Of a stretch of 64,000 nt of DNA, positions 37,832 to 51,995 are shown piece after piece. The first letter of the stretch is position 1. The number at the start of each line of letters is the position of its first letter. Under the pieces are notes generated by a model that searched no databases, was not told where the DNA came from, and saw only the letters and a program-made list of their open reading frames with translations. Source of the DNA: Podarcis gaigeae (lineage: Eukaryota). The stretch lies in assembly GCA_964106915.2 (NCBI GenBank), contig OZ066915.1. One strand, given 5' to 3'. The translations under genes were made by a program, and so were the position numbers.

Positions 37832-38200
37832 GGACGCGGGTGGCGCTGTGGGTAAAACCTCAGTGCCTAGGACTTGCCGATGGTATGGTCGGCGGTTTGA
37901 ATCCCCGCGGCGGGGTGAGCTCCCGTCGTTCGGTCCCAGCTCCTGCCCACCTAGCAGTTCGAAAGCACCCCTAAGTGCAAGTAGATAAATAGGGACCGCT
38001 TTATAGCGGGAAGGTAAACGGCGTTTCCGTGTGCTGCGCTGGTGCTGGTTCGCCAGAGCAGCTTCGTCACGCTGGCCACATGACCCGGAAGTGTCTTCGG
38101 ACGGCGCCGGCTCACGGCCTCTAGAGCGAGATGAGCACGCAACCCTAGAGTCGGACACGACTGGCCCATACGGGCAGGGGTACCTTTACCTTTACTTTAC
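37832..38200 (+). mobile_element. Sauria SINE, full length
   Basis: GGGACGCGGGTGGCGCTGTGGG head and (ACCTTT)n tail; 19-bp TSD TTTATTATTTTAATAAGTG at 37813-37831 and 38201-38219. Confidence 0.92.
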
Positions 38201-38460
38201 TTTATTATTTTAATAAGTGATGCAACAGTAAGCAAGCAGCAACTGACCACAGGCAACTTCCCTGAGGAACATTGAAGAAGCCTTCTTAAGTTGTGGCTGC
38301 TAGGTGCTATTCCCTACAGAAGAGAAATGCATTTGAAAGTTAATATCTTACATTTTTGAAGTACACTACATTGATGTTTTTGAAGGGGATACATATAATG
38401 TATGAGAAAACTCTTTGACCTTTTCAGAATATAATAAATATTCCAAGTTTCTCTTTCTAG

Positions 38461-38609
38461 GTATCAACGGGGTTTCCGATCTTTAGCTGCAAATTTGCAG
38501 TTTTCTGCAAGTAGTCCTGCTGTACAGGAAGCAATAAATGCAACGGCTGTCAAGGAGGAGGAGGAAGAAGAGGAATATGACATCCCAGGAGAGGTTGAAA
38601 ATGTTATAG
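38461..38609 (+). CDS. TBCD: TBCD coding exon 10
   Basis: ttctag|...G|gtgtgt, 149 nt; [13 protein letters not shown]...[19 protein letters not shown]. Confidence 0.95.
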
Positions 38610-39401
38610 GTGTGTTTGATGAAAATGGGAAGCAGTGTAAAGTCTGATACCATAGCCAGTGTGAACTTGGGGTTGTATCCCATTAGTGTAAGGACTTCTG
38701 GCTGTATAGCAGGCCTTTCTTTTTTCTTCCTGCAAACCCCCTCCCCCATCTAATCTGGGGGAAACCTGCAGAACAGATTTGGGTAAGGTGTGGGAGAGAA
38801 GAGGGAGAGGAAATCACTTTGTGCAGGCTTATCTCTTCAGATGGGATGGCTTCACTAAATACAGCTGTGGTTTCTTTGTTTGCTTCTAAGGATCTCCTTC
38901 CTCCTTATGGTTAACCTGCAAAGCAAGAATATAAATGATTTAAGCCAAGGTCTCTTTTAACATTTAAGGGGTAATAGTGCTATAATTCTTGTAGGTGCTC
39001 TTGACTTTTGCTTTTCTCTCTGCCTCCCTTTTCTGTCGGTGGTTGCTGATAGCGTCACTTTGTGCTGCGTTGTGCGTCCTTTCCTGCCTTCTTACAATGT
39101 TTTGAATGTTCTATCATTCTTAAAAAGATATATTTCCCCCTCACTTTTTTGAATAAAAGGTGTCTGCTCACCGTCCATTGTATTCTCTTCAGCAAAGATA
39201 AATAAAAGCTTTTATTTCCTTCCAATGCCACCCTCAGGAGGAAGGCACCACAAATACCTTTCATTGAGACGGGTTTGAGGATATCTCTTGATGTGAAGCG
39301 GTGAATGAAGGCCACTTATTTTCCCCAGGATAAGGAGCCTGATCTAGAAAAGGCCTGTGACAAAATATAGACCTATGGATGCTTTTAGCTTCCTACTGTG
39401 A

Positions 39402-39533
<132 letters not shown>

Positions 39534-40634
39534 TAAATATCCATTAACTAAAGCCACATGGTTGGTTGGTTATTTGAATTCAGTACCTAGAATTCAGTGC
39601 CAGCTCTTACTACCACCTACCTCCTGTTTTCTAGGCTCCCAAGTCCACAGATCTTCCCTTTGTACTAATTAGTTACTGGACTTTTTGGGAGGTTTGTCCT
39701 CAAGCAGCCATATTGGGCAGCTGATTCTAGAGGCGGTACTGTATTCTTTAAAGTATTCTTAAACACCACTTCAGAGTAAGGAAGCATCATCTTTATTTTT
39801 TATGTCAGGGCAAATGTCTGTTGAGACCTGTAGCATGCAGTGGCTAGGGATGCTGGGAGTTGTGGTTTTCAGCATCTGAAGGGCCACTGATTAGCCCTGG
39901 ATCTCTGGCCTGGATGTTACACAAAGCAGGTATGGGGGGGGGAGTGGACAAGGGAAACAGAAGCAGAAAATCCAAAGACTGGGTGTTGAAGTGAGTTCTG
40001 CACTTCAGTCTCAGTCTGAAAATGGAGACTACAGATCAGTTTAGATTCTACTAGGTGCCTTCAGGTATCAGGCTACACCTAGGATGAGATGAAGAAGCAA
40101 TGGCTGATCCCCATCTTGGAAAATCAGATGTGTCTCATGCCTTAAGCAAAACACACAGGTTCCTGATAAATCAGACAGCAGATGTAAAGTGACGCATAAC
40201 AGTATTTATATTATTAAAGCCAGATATTAATTTTGGGCGGTATACTAGGTAAGAGCAAATTGAAGCTAAATAAGTTTTACCTAGTGGTTGGAGGACAGGC
40301 ACCAAAATGCCAAAATTCCTCTTTAGGTAGTAGAAAATCATCTTCCTTTGGTTGCAGTTTCCTCCTTGAATGGCTAAATAGGGCTATTATTCAAGGTACA
40401 TAAAAAAGCAAAAGTAATCATGCTGGTCTATGAGGAAAGAAGTCCACAGTTGGGCAAAATCTTTATTAGGACCACCCAAAAAGCTGTGTAAACAAGAACC
40501 TGCAAGAATAGAGGGGCCACAAGTTCTGTTCCTAGAACTCTGGAAGGTCTAAAAGAATGCACAGGATGATACCAGCTTCATTGTAGCATGTGACCAATAA
40601 CAATTTGTGCATTGTTGAATCTAAGCCTTCATGA

Positions 40635-40799
<165 letters not shown>

Positions 40800-41034
40800 T
40801 AGTAAGGAGGATATGGATACAACAATTAGAGCAGATGCATATGAGTTAAGGAGTGGAAACTCTCATTGAAAACACTAGCTTTTTTTAAAAAAACATTGGC
40901 ATGAAGAATGGAAATAAGAATATCCTTTACATTGGTTTCTGATGTTTAAAAATTGCGCAATAAATAAAATATCATATTAAATAAATAAGTTTGATATCCC
41001 TTGAATATTAATTTTAGTAGAAAGTCCCATTGAA

Positions 41035-41743
41035 TGGGTTGTGCTGTGGGTTAACCCACAGAGCCTAGGGCTTGGTGATAAGAAGGTCGGCGGTTCAAAT
41101 CCCTGCAGCAGGGTGAGCTCCTGTTGCTCAGTTCCTGCTCCTGCCAACCTAGCATGATCAAAAGCACGAAGTGCAAGTAGTTAAATAGGTACTGCCCCGG
41201 CAGGAAAGTAAACGGCGTTTCCATGCACTGCTCTGGTTTCGCCAGAAGCGGCTTAGTCATGCTGGCCACATGACCCGGAAGTTGTATGCTGGCTCCCTAG
41301 GCCAGTAATGCGAGATGAGTGCTGCAATCCCAGAGTCGTCCGTGACTGGACCTAACGCTCAGGGGTCCCTTTACAGTGGTGCCTCGCTAGACGAAAAGAA
41401 TTCGTTCCGCGATTCTCTTCGTCTAGCGGTTTTTTTGTCTTGCGAAGCAAGCCCATTGACACCTTAGTGGATTAGCGCTACAGCTGTCAAGCGGCTTCCA
41501 GCGATCAGCTGTTAAGCGGCTTATCAGCGGAACAGCTGATAAGCGGCTTAGTGGCTTAAGAAAAGGGCGAAAAAAGCGAAAAAAACCCGCGGGGGGATGC
41601 AAGATTTTTTTCGTCTTGCGAAGCAACCCCATAGGGAAATTCGTTTTATGAAGCGCCTCCAAAACGGAAAACCCTTTCGTCTAGCGGGTTTTTCGTCTTG
41701 CGAGGCGTTCGTCTTGCGGGGCACCACTGTACTTTTACCTTTA
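41035..41743 (+). mobile_element. Sauria SINE (second subfamily) with a MITE inserted in its tail
   Basis: SINE body 41035-41373, with the tail resuming as CTTTTACCTTTA after the MITE; 9-bp TSD CCCATTGAA at 41026-41034 and 41744-41752. Confidence 0.85.
41374..41729. mobile_element. Tigger-like MITE, family B copy 2
   Basis: TA-CAGTGGTGCCTCGC...GCGGGGCACCACTG-TA. Confidence 0.9.
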
Positions 41744-42026
41744 CCCATTGAACATAATGGGGATTATTTCTCAGTATAAAAGTGCTTAGGCTTGGGTTGC
41801 ACATTTTTAAAACGGGGGTCAAAAGAAACAGTTTGGGAGAAATTGTTTTGCAGTTAGGGGAAAATTTAATATATTACTGTTACTGTTTGATGCCTGAAAT
41901 ATTTAGTTGCTATTGTCATGCTTTTGAAAGCATGCAATTACTGTGTACAACCAGCTTTCAGACAATAATATATCATCTTATTAAATTCAGAAAAATTAGT
42001 TTGAATGCAATCCTTACGTTTTCTAA

Positions 42027-42146
<120 letters not shown>

Positions 42147-42385
42147 TAACTAGGTCCTATCTATACTGCTTAACAAAAACAAAACAAAATAGATGACTTG
42201 TACAATACAAGGTAATAAGCACAATCAAATGCATGAAAGATTTGATAGACTTTTGTCAGCTTCTGGTCTTGAGAATTTCTTACAGACTGGCAAGTATATT
42301 TTTCTTCCCTTAGTATCTTTCTCCCCTCCCCCGTCTTATATATCTTGCTGACTTTGCTTTTATCTCCTGCTATTTCACAGGATTA

Positions 42386-42622
42386 CAGGCATACCTTGGG
42401 TTGCAGATGCTTCAGGTTGTGTTTTTTCAGGTTACGGACCCGCCAAAACCTGGAAGTACTGGAACGGGTTACTTCCGGGTTTTGGGGTTGTGCATGCGCA
42501 GAAATGCTAAATCGCGCTATGCGCAGAAGCGCTGAATCGCAACCCGCGTGTGTGCAGACGAACCAATGTTGGTTGCGAACGCTGTGGGTTGCGAACGTGA
42601 TCCGTGCAGGATGCGTCCACTG
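42386..42622. mobile_element. Tigger-like MITE, family E
   Basis: TA-CAGGCATACC...GCGTCCACTG-TA, with internal GGTTGCG repeats. Confidence 0.65.
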
Positions 42623-43209
42623 TACAAACTTGCTTTACTTTTTGGATCTTGTTTCCTTCTCCCATATTCTAGTATTGCCAGACTCTGTTACCTCCCCCCC
42701 GCCAGCAATGCCTTTGATATGCAGCAGTATTCTTTGTGAGTGCTTCCTTTGGAATGTATTTGAAAAAGTCAGTTAGTCCACAGTGCTGCACTTGAACAGT
42801 GTATAAGGAGCATGTGGTTCCCTTGCTAACAACAGTTACATTAGATACCAGTTGGTTTCCAAACCCAATTCAAATGCTGGTTTTGACCTTCATAGCCCTC
42901 ATTGGCTTTGGACCAGGATACCTGAAGGATGTCTGCTCCAATACGAACTGCCTGGTTATTTAAATCTGCAAGTGGACTCTGTGTCCTGTGAAGTTAGATA
43001 TCAGTTTAGTGAGAATGTGCAAGAGGGCCTTTTCAATGACTAAATAAATTTTGAAAATGTGTTTGTGTGTGTATAAGAATGTGCAATAAACTACAAGAAG
43101 TGCAATATCTCTATACTTGAACAAATGTAAGCTTTCTTTTTTGTAGTCTTGTTTTGGATTTTGTTTTTGATCACAAGACACATAATAAAACAAAAGCAAT
43201 GTAAACACT

Positions 43210-43220
43210 TTTATTTTAAT
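43210..43220 (-). promoter_or_regulatory. ZNF750: Candidate ZNF750 polyadenylation signal
   Basis: Overlapping ATTAAA/AATAAA on the minus strand, followed by the U/GU-rich tract TTGCTTTTGTTTTATTATGTGTCTTGTG. Confidence 0.5.
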
Positions 43221-43744
43221 TTGCAAGTATAATACAAAGCATTTTACTGCAAGAGTAGAAAAGTTGTCATGGTAAAACTCATGAAATAGAAAATTGCTCT
43301 CACCAGGTTTGCAAAACAGCCCCCCCCCCCCAGCTTAGCATGCCATTATTTCATTGCTTACAAATTAGTATGGATGAAAAGTACAGAAATAACACCTTCA
43401 CCACAGTGTACTTTCTTATATGAACTAAAATAAATATCCACTTGGTCTTGTGTTCAGCAGGTGCTTGGTGTCTAAGGATATGCTCTTACAAGCATGAAAA
43501 CATTTGTGCGGGAGCATCACTCCACCTCTGTCATTTCAAACTCCTTTGAAAATCCCAACCTCGAGATTTGAATTAGTTTAAGGTGTGGTTTAAGTAATCC
43601 GTTTGTTAAAGATGTGCAAAGGCTGCATGGTAGCCCAGTCATATGAGTGAGGTACAAATAGTAAAATTATTAATTAATTAATTAAGATGACAGTTCAGTT
43701 GCAATGCTGTAATGCCAGTAAAATCAATTCTAGTTCATAAGCTT

Positions 43745-45425
43745 ACTGTTCTAGCCAAAGGCCATAACAAACTTGTAGCAATAGTATTACTAAAACAATG
43801 CAGAACATATATCCATAATATGTCAACATCTGTGTTGTAAGAGAGAGAAAGAAGATACCAGAGACGCCAACAAGCTTAAATCTAGCTTGATTTCGGTTTA
43901 AACCTCCGAATCAGCACAACATGTAGCTATTTTATTTAACTTTTTTCCTGATTTGTCTTGCTTCCAGTGCATAGAGGGCCACTCTCTGTGTTAGAAAGCT
44001 ATTATTCTCACTCGAAAGAAGCTGAACCATTTCTGCCGGAATGTTCCCCATTGCTTGTGTAAACAAAGGTTTCAGAAAGCGATCTCTTTGGTTTCTGTAT
44101 AAGGGGCAGGCTAGCAGATAATGAGTGATGTCTCCCACCTGAGGTTGACCACAGATATGAAATCTGCATATAGGAAACATGACTTGGAAACACAGCTCAA
44201 TATAGGCTTCTCTTAAGGAAACTGGTGTTTCTAATTAGTTGCAGGTGCCTTCTAGATTCTGTGCAGAAGAGCTAATCCTTTAGATAGCACTTATTCAGGG
44301 TCAGCACAGAGCCCAGTTCTGGAAAATAAAAATAGTCTAAAACAACTTGACAGGCTGCTTTCCATTGTTGGTTATCACCCAGTTCCATAACAGAACAGAG
44401 CAGGAAAATGCTCCGTTGGCATAGTAGCAATTCCTTTAATAACCTTTTAACTGAGCGCAATCTGCTCTTGCCTTGATTGTTGGCTACCTGAGTTTGGTAT
44501 GAAGAACAGCTGCTGATATTTCTAATGTTAGAGTGTATAGTTTCTGAAAAAAATATACCGTATTCTGCACTGTTTCCAAAGCTTTAATGGAGTTTGAATC
44601 AGATCCCCAGATTTCAATGCCATAGAGCATTTGAGTAAAAACTTTGCTACTAAATATCTTTAGGGCAGTTTCAATCAGCTGCTCTCCCTTGTCGTAACAG
44701 AACTTCATCAATGACCCAATATTTTTCTGCCTCCAAGAAGACATTTCCAAGAGAGGGCTTCACTAAAGAGTACACTCTTAATGAGTAAGTTTGTTCTATA
44801 GCTGGCAGATCTAGATATCATTTATACCTAGGACTCTGTTAGCCAAGAATCATAATCTTGTTTTAGAGTAATTTATAGATAGGCTTTCTTATAAATAGAC
44901 TTTCTTGTTTGCAGTATGTGCTGAACACCTGCAAGAGAATTTTGAGGCTCAATCGGGAAAGAGAGAAGAGCACTAAATCATCTGCATACATCATGATTGA
45001 GATATTCCTGTTCCTAATTACTGAAGAGGGGCAGTTTTTACTGGTTAAATATGGTACCAGATCATTAATATAATAGCTAAAAAGATCGGGAGCCAGAATA
45101 CAACATTGCTTGACTCCCTGCAATGTTTTGAAGGCATAGCACCATTTAAACCTACTCTAACCCTCATTTTTGTGCTGCTTTATAGTTCTTGGATGAATAG
45201 CAGAAGTCTGCAGTCAATATTTGAAATTTGAAATTTCTCTCACTGTCTATTTCAATTAATAGAGTTGAATGCAGCAGAAAGATCAATAAAGGCTTCATAG
45301 AGATTATTCATAATATTCTTAGTGTATTTTTTTTAGTATGTTTCAGAGTAGAATGTTGATCAATGGTACAGTGTCCTTCTTTGAACCCCGCTTGTTCTTC
45401 ACATATGTTATCTTATCTGTCCACG
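43745..45425 (-). mobile_element. Decayed, 5'-truncated non-LTR retrotransposon (RTE/RTE-X-like)
   Basis: RT motifs EEQAGFKEGHCTIDQH, AFIDLSAAFNSI, GVKQCCILAPDLF and MYADDLVL, plus a C-terminal zinc-knuckle remnant (DITHYLLACPLY). Many frameshifts. Confidence 0.8.
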
Positions 45426-46195
45426 AATAATATCTGTAACATCAGTGAAATCAAACTATTGTAGGTATTGCTGAACTGACAAATGAGTTTTAGGATAGTG
45501 TATTAGTGCTGTCCAACATTGCTTCACACATTTCTACACACTAGATTAAGAAGGATTTACAGTAGGATTATAAAAAGACATGACAGCACAGTTTAGATTT
45601 TGATTCATGGATGGCATCTTTGCTTTGTGCTGTTTGATTTTGGATAAAACTGACGCAAATCTGTATGTTAGCAAGAATTAATATGAAGACTTCCAGGTCC
45701 AGAACTCAGCAACTACTAAGCTTTAAAAGCAAATGGAAATTGTCACAATTAGTTAAATTATAGAATAATCAACAAAAGCATGTTGAATAACAAAAACTAA
45801 ACTAAAAAGATTTGAGAACATTATGTGAGTCACAAGCAACCTATGATGCTCCAATGTCATGGATAAGATATTCTTAATTTTATAGTTTACACCTTTGGTA
45901 ATAAAGGTGGATGTAACCCATAGTGCATTTTAGAAACATATCATTAGCTTCAGTTTACTTTTAAACGTTCACTCAAAAAATCAGGATACAGTCAGAAAAT
46001 ATTCAGGATGCTTTAAAACATAAATACAAAATTAAGAACAGTTTATATTTACATGTTTCAACCTATATGGATCAAATGAGTCTGCCTGATTGGAAAAATA
46101 GGAATTGTTACTGGAAACTTGTCTTTGCTTCCTGGTGGACAGCGTGCTTGTCAACTGCTCTTGTATGTAGTTGGTAGTGGATTAAACATGAAGTA

Positions 46196-46904
46196 TTACG
46201 ATACTCTGGTTCTTTTTCTCAGAGTAAATACCCTACTGCAGTCATTTGTTTGTACTCGCTTTGTTCCTTGTTGCAGTTTTGTCACTTGTCTTTGATTGGT
46301 CCTTTTTTGTCCTTTTCCTTTTTGACTACTGTGACAGTCCTGAGTATCTGATGGTTCAGGAGCTGAATCTGTATACTGAGAATTGCTGTCCTGATTACTT
46401 TTCTGTGCAGTCTCTATTTGGACTTTACTAGGACTATAGGCAGCTAACTGACAAAGAGCAACAGCTGCAGTTTGTTTCTGCTCATCACAATGGTCAATTG
46501 TCCTAACTTCCTGAACTTCTTTCCTCTGCATCACGGTAGGGACCTTATCACAAGAACCTTTCTCCATATGATCCTTAGGGCTGCAGTCCTCAGCTTCCAA
46601 ATGTCCATTTTCAGTTTTTTGAGGTCCACTGTCTTCAGCTTCATATGATGACCTCTGGAGGGGTTGTTTTATGTTGCAGTTGTCTTTTACGGAGAGATTC
46701 AGAGGCATTTCCTGAAGTTCCATAAAGTTTTGGTTTTCCACATGGAGAGCGTTTTTGTACATATGTTCATTAACAACATTTGCATCTGGCTTCTTGGAAA
46801 GATTAAGTGGTACTATCCCCGTGTCGTCATCAGAATTGGACAGAGGGTCATCGTTCTCATTACTTTCATGCTGTATATTTTCATTTTCATTAGTGACATC
46901 ACTA
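46196..46904 (-). CDS. ZNF750: Zinc finger protein 750, last coding exon
   Basis: Acceptor ttttcttccccag|T, phase 2. Contains two PLNLS CtBP-binding motifs, QKQTAAVALCQLA and the C-terminal basic NLS LRKRTRVS*. Confidence 0.93.
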
Positions 46905-49006
46905 CTGGGGAAGAAAAGAAAAGAAAAATCATTGAAAAATTCCATTATGTAATTAAAATCTGATGTAGGACTAGTATGATATTTTGATTTACATACTGTG
47001 GCAGTAAAAGCAATGCAATGAATTGATTTAAAAGGTAACAGAATAAATTGTGCTATGGAGTAAATTTGTTACAGTGAGTAATGTTTGGTTTGCATGTAAG
47101 AAACCTAGTTTTAAATCTCTATAGAACGAGCAATTTTTACATTTTTACTGCGATAAATTAAAATAATTTGTTGCAGCCAACCTATTCTCCTGGAACATAT
47201 TGAGAAGGAAATATCAACAATGTTTGAGGTCTATGAGAGCAGGACACAATAAATTGCATGCTCTACAGGTATTTTATATTGCAATACAAACAGCTGTTTA
47301 AGAGTGACATTAACCCATTTGACCATCCTTCTGTAATGAAAATGGTCCCAGGCTGATCCATCACAGGACTTATAAGATCAAGTTTGTTACACTTCTCTGC
47401 CTAGTCTGGATATAAATTCAAAAGTGAAATAAAATAATAAATCTTAGTGTTTATTGGAAAGCTGGCAGGTCGCTGCAGTGGTCCAGTCTGCACATCATTG
47501 TAAACCATAGTTAATGATTGACTGTGTATATGTCAATCTCATCCACTTTGCTCCTCTCTGTTAGTGCACAGGAGAAACAGACAATGACTCCTGGCTTAGT
47601 GTTACATTTGGACCAGGGATTTTGGTTTGTTCTGTCCAAAGAGACTATGATCTGTAGCCAAGGTTTGTTCTTGGGCTTTCTGGTTATGATTTATTGAAGT
47701 GAAACAAACCATAACCCATGGTTTGAGTATAATACGATGGTGCGAATCATGATTTGATCCTCGTGTGTGCAAACAGAGAAGAGTAAACTGGGCAAAATTG
47801 GCAGTTCACTATGTTGTACCATATCAGGAGACCATTACCTTCTATCCTTCTTTAAAGATTGGGAAAATAACGAGAGAGAGAGAGCTCACCATATCCTTCA
47901 GTCTTGTTGCATGGGAAAGCAAAAAGGCTTATTTCATATTAAATGGCCTTCCCACTGAGATCACCAGCAGAGGTCTTCCTCTATATCCCACCACTGTCAT
48001 GAATGCAGGTGTTAGGGACATAAGCAGGCCTTTGCTGTTCTAGCTCTTGAACTCATTCCCTTAGGAGATTAGCTCAGTCCCCTTCAACAATAAGAAGAGT
48101 TACATTTGCCATGCCTATGGCTTTATTTTTTTCTGCCTGGTATGTTGCTTTGACATGGGTTACTTTGTGCTACTTTCTTGGTTTCTTCCTGGTTGGTATT
48201 TTGTCATTTTAATAGGTCTCCATTTTTATTATTACAGAATTTTAATCTTTTTTTAAAAAATCATATTCAATAGATGAATGTCTGCCTCTACCTGAAAAAC
48301 AATAATCTAAGGCTATACTATGCATTCTTTACTCAGGAACAAGCCCCGTTTAGTTCAGTGGAACTTTGTTCTGAGTAAAAGTGCATAACATTAGGTTGTG
48401 AATAGCAACATTCAGATGCAAATAGGAAAAACAGCAGAGATGTTAAACGCAATAATGATCAGTATAAAAATTAATAGAGCAAATATCATTTTACTATAAT
48501 TATGAATAACCACTATAATTACACCATCTCCAAGCATATTTCATCCACCCTTTGTCCACTTCCATATTTTTTAAAAAACCCAGCTGTAGGGAACCTATGC
48601 CCGCCCCAGATGTTGCTGAACCCATCACCTCTGGCTGTTGGCCATATTTGCTGGGACTGAATGGAATTGTAGTTCAGCAACATCTGGAGGGCCAAATGTT
48701 TCTCACAACCTACTCTAAACTGATAAGGCAATCCTAACAAAGTTTACTCAGAAGTAAGCCTTACTGAATTCAGTTATATTTACTTGCAGATAGTGGGGCT
48801 AAACATAAGTCTCATTCAATTTGATAGGACTTACTTCTGAGTAGACATGGCTAGGCTTATACTGCTTGCCACTTGCATATGTCCTACCTGCCTTGGGTTT
48901 ACAAGTTTGACATGTAATAAAAACTGTCCCGGGAGTCCTTGTGTGATGTAACCTAAGGGTATGTTTGCTCTCTCTCTCTCTTTAGTGTTTTGAAGAAACC
49001 CCACAT

Positions 49007-50491
<1,485 letters not shown>

Positions 50492-51954
50492 TCAATGATT
50501 AGACTTTTTTGTTTTCCTTGCCCTAATTTATAAAATGTGGTTGATATCTTAAGTTTTCCAGATTTACTCCTAACTTTGAGGAGACTCTCAAAAATAATTA
50601 TTCGAAGCCATTTCTTCTGGAGACATCAGAACAAAACAGCACGCAACAGGAAACTGGAAAACAGAAATTGTAATATTAGAATTTGAGAACTGAAACAAAT
50701 ACATATGTCAAATGCTTTATTCAAGTGCACATTGTGAGAAACCTTCTGGTTCAAACAAAAAAGTCAATTTCCAACTTGGAAGCCTATGAGCAGGGCATGA
50801 TGCTGATGACTATTTTCTGTTTCATGTCTCTGGCATCTGGTATTTTTAGGTTTACTGTCTTGTGAACATGAAGGTCTCATGAGCTGTCATCTAAGAGTCA
50901 TTATTTGACCTGTCCTCTACAAATTTGTAAACCCACCTAAGTTAGAAGCCATTACCTCACCCTATGCACTGTGTGAAATAAATTATATTTCAAAGAATTA
51001 GACTACCAATGTTGTAATTTCAATTCCTTATCCTAACATTTAGAATTCATTTTCCCCTCTATTACTGCTTATTGAGTTAACAATTTTCAGTGAGTTGTCC
51101 ACCTAAATACCAGGGTTTTTTTTGGGGGGGGGGTTAGTCATAACCAAATATGACCACATTGGTTTATGGGTGAATCTAGGACTCTTGCCCTAGTGTGCAT
51201 TACTTTGCACTCACATTGAATTTCATTTGCCATTTTGTTGCCCATTCACCCACGATGGAGAGTTATTCACCATCTGCTTTAGATTTCACCATCCTGAAAA
51301 CATGGCACCCTCAGCAAACTTGACAGTCTCATTGCTCACCTAAATTCATGAATTACATGCATGAGAAAAGTGAAGCTAATGTAGAAGACTCTTAGATGCC
51401 TTTGCAAACATGATTATCCTCAGGGAAAGCACACATGTCTGTAGGTAGAGCTCTAATTAACTAGCCTGAAGTTCAGGGGTGCCTACTACCTGAAATTCCT
51501 GTTGGATTAATTAGAGAGAACGCATTCAAACAACAGTGGTGGAACATCCACTTAGGATGTGACAGGGAAAGATGAAAGCAAAGTGAGAGAGAGAACTGTA
51601 GGTGGAGGAGACAAGGAGGAGGGAGGGTGGTGCTTGGTAATAGTAGAAGCTTGAGTGCAATCCAGTCCAGCCTGTTGGGGAAAGAGGAAGAGATTCCTTG
51701 ATGGGGAGAAGTAGGGTGGAGTAGGATTGACTCCATCCTGGAGAGCTGACCTAGCTCTGCTATAGAGCAAACAAGCTTTTAAGCAGCCTAAACAAATATT
51801 TAAGTACTAACTAGTGTGAGTAACTTTCAACACACCACAACAAGCCAAATTCTGAATGCTTAGAAGAGCGCACTCTCCCAAATCTCTTCTTCTAAAGTTT
51901 GAGTGTGTTGCTGTTGAAATGACCTTGCATTCTTTGCTGCACAGCTACTTATAA

Positions 51955-51956
<2 letters not shown>

Positions 51957-51994
<38 letters not shown>
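51957..51994. repeat. (GT)n microsatellite
   Basis: Directly visible. Confidence 0.95.
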
Positions 51995-51995
<1 letters not shown>

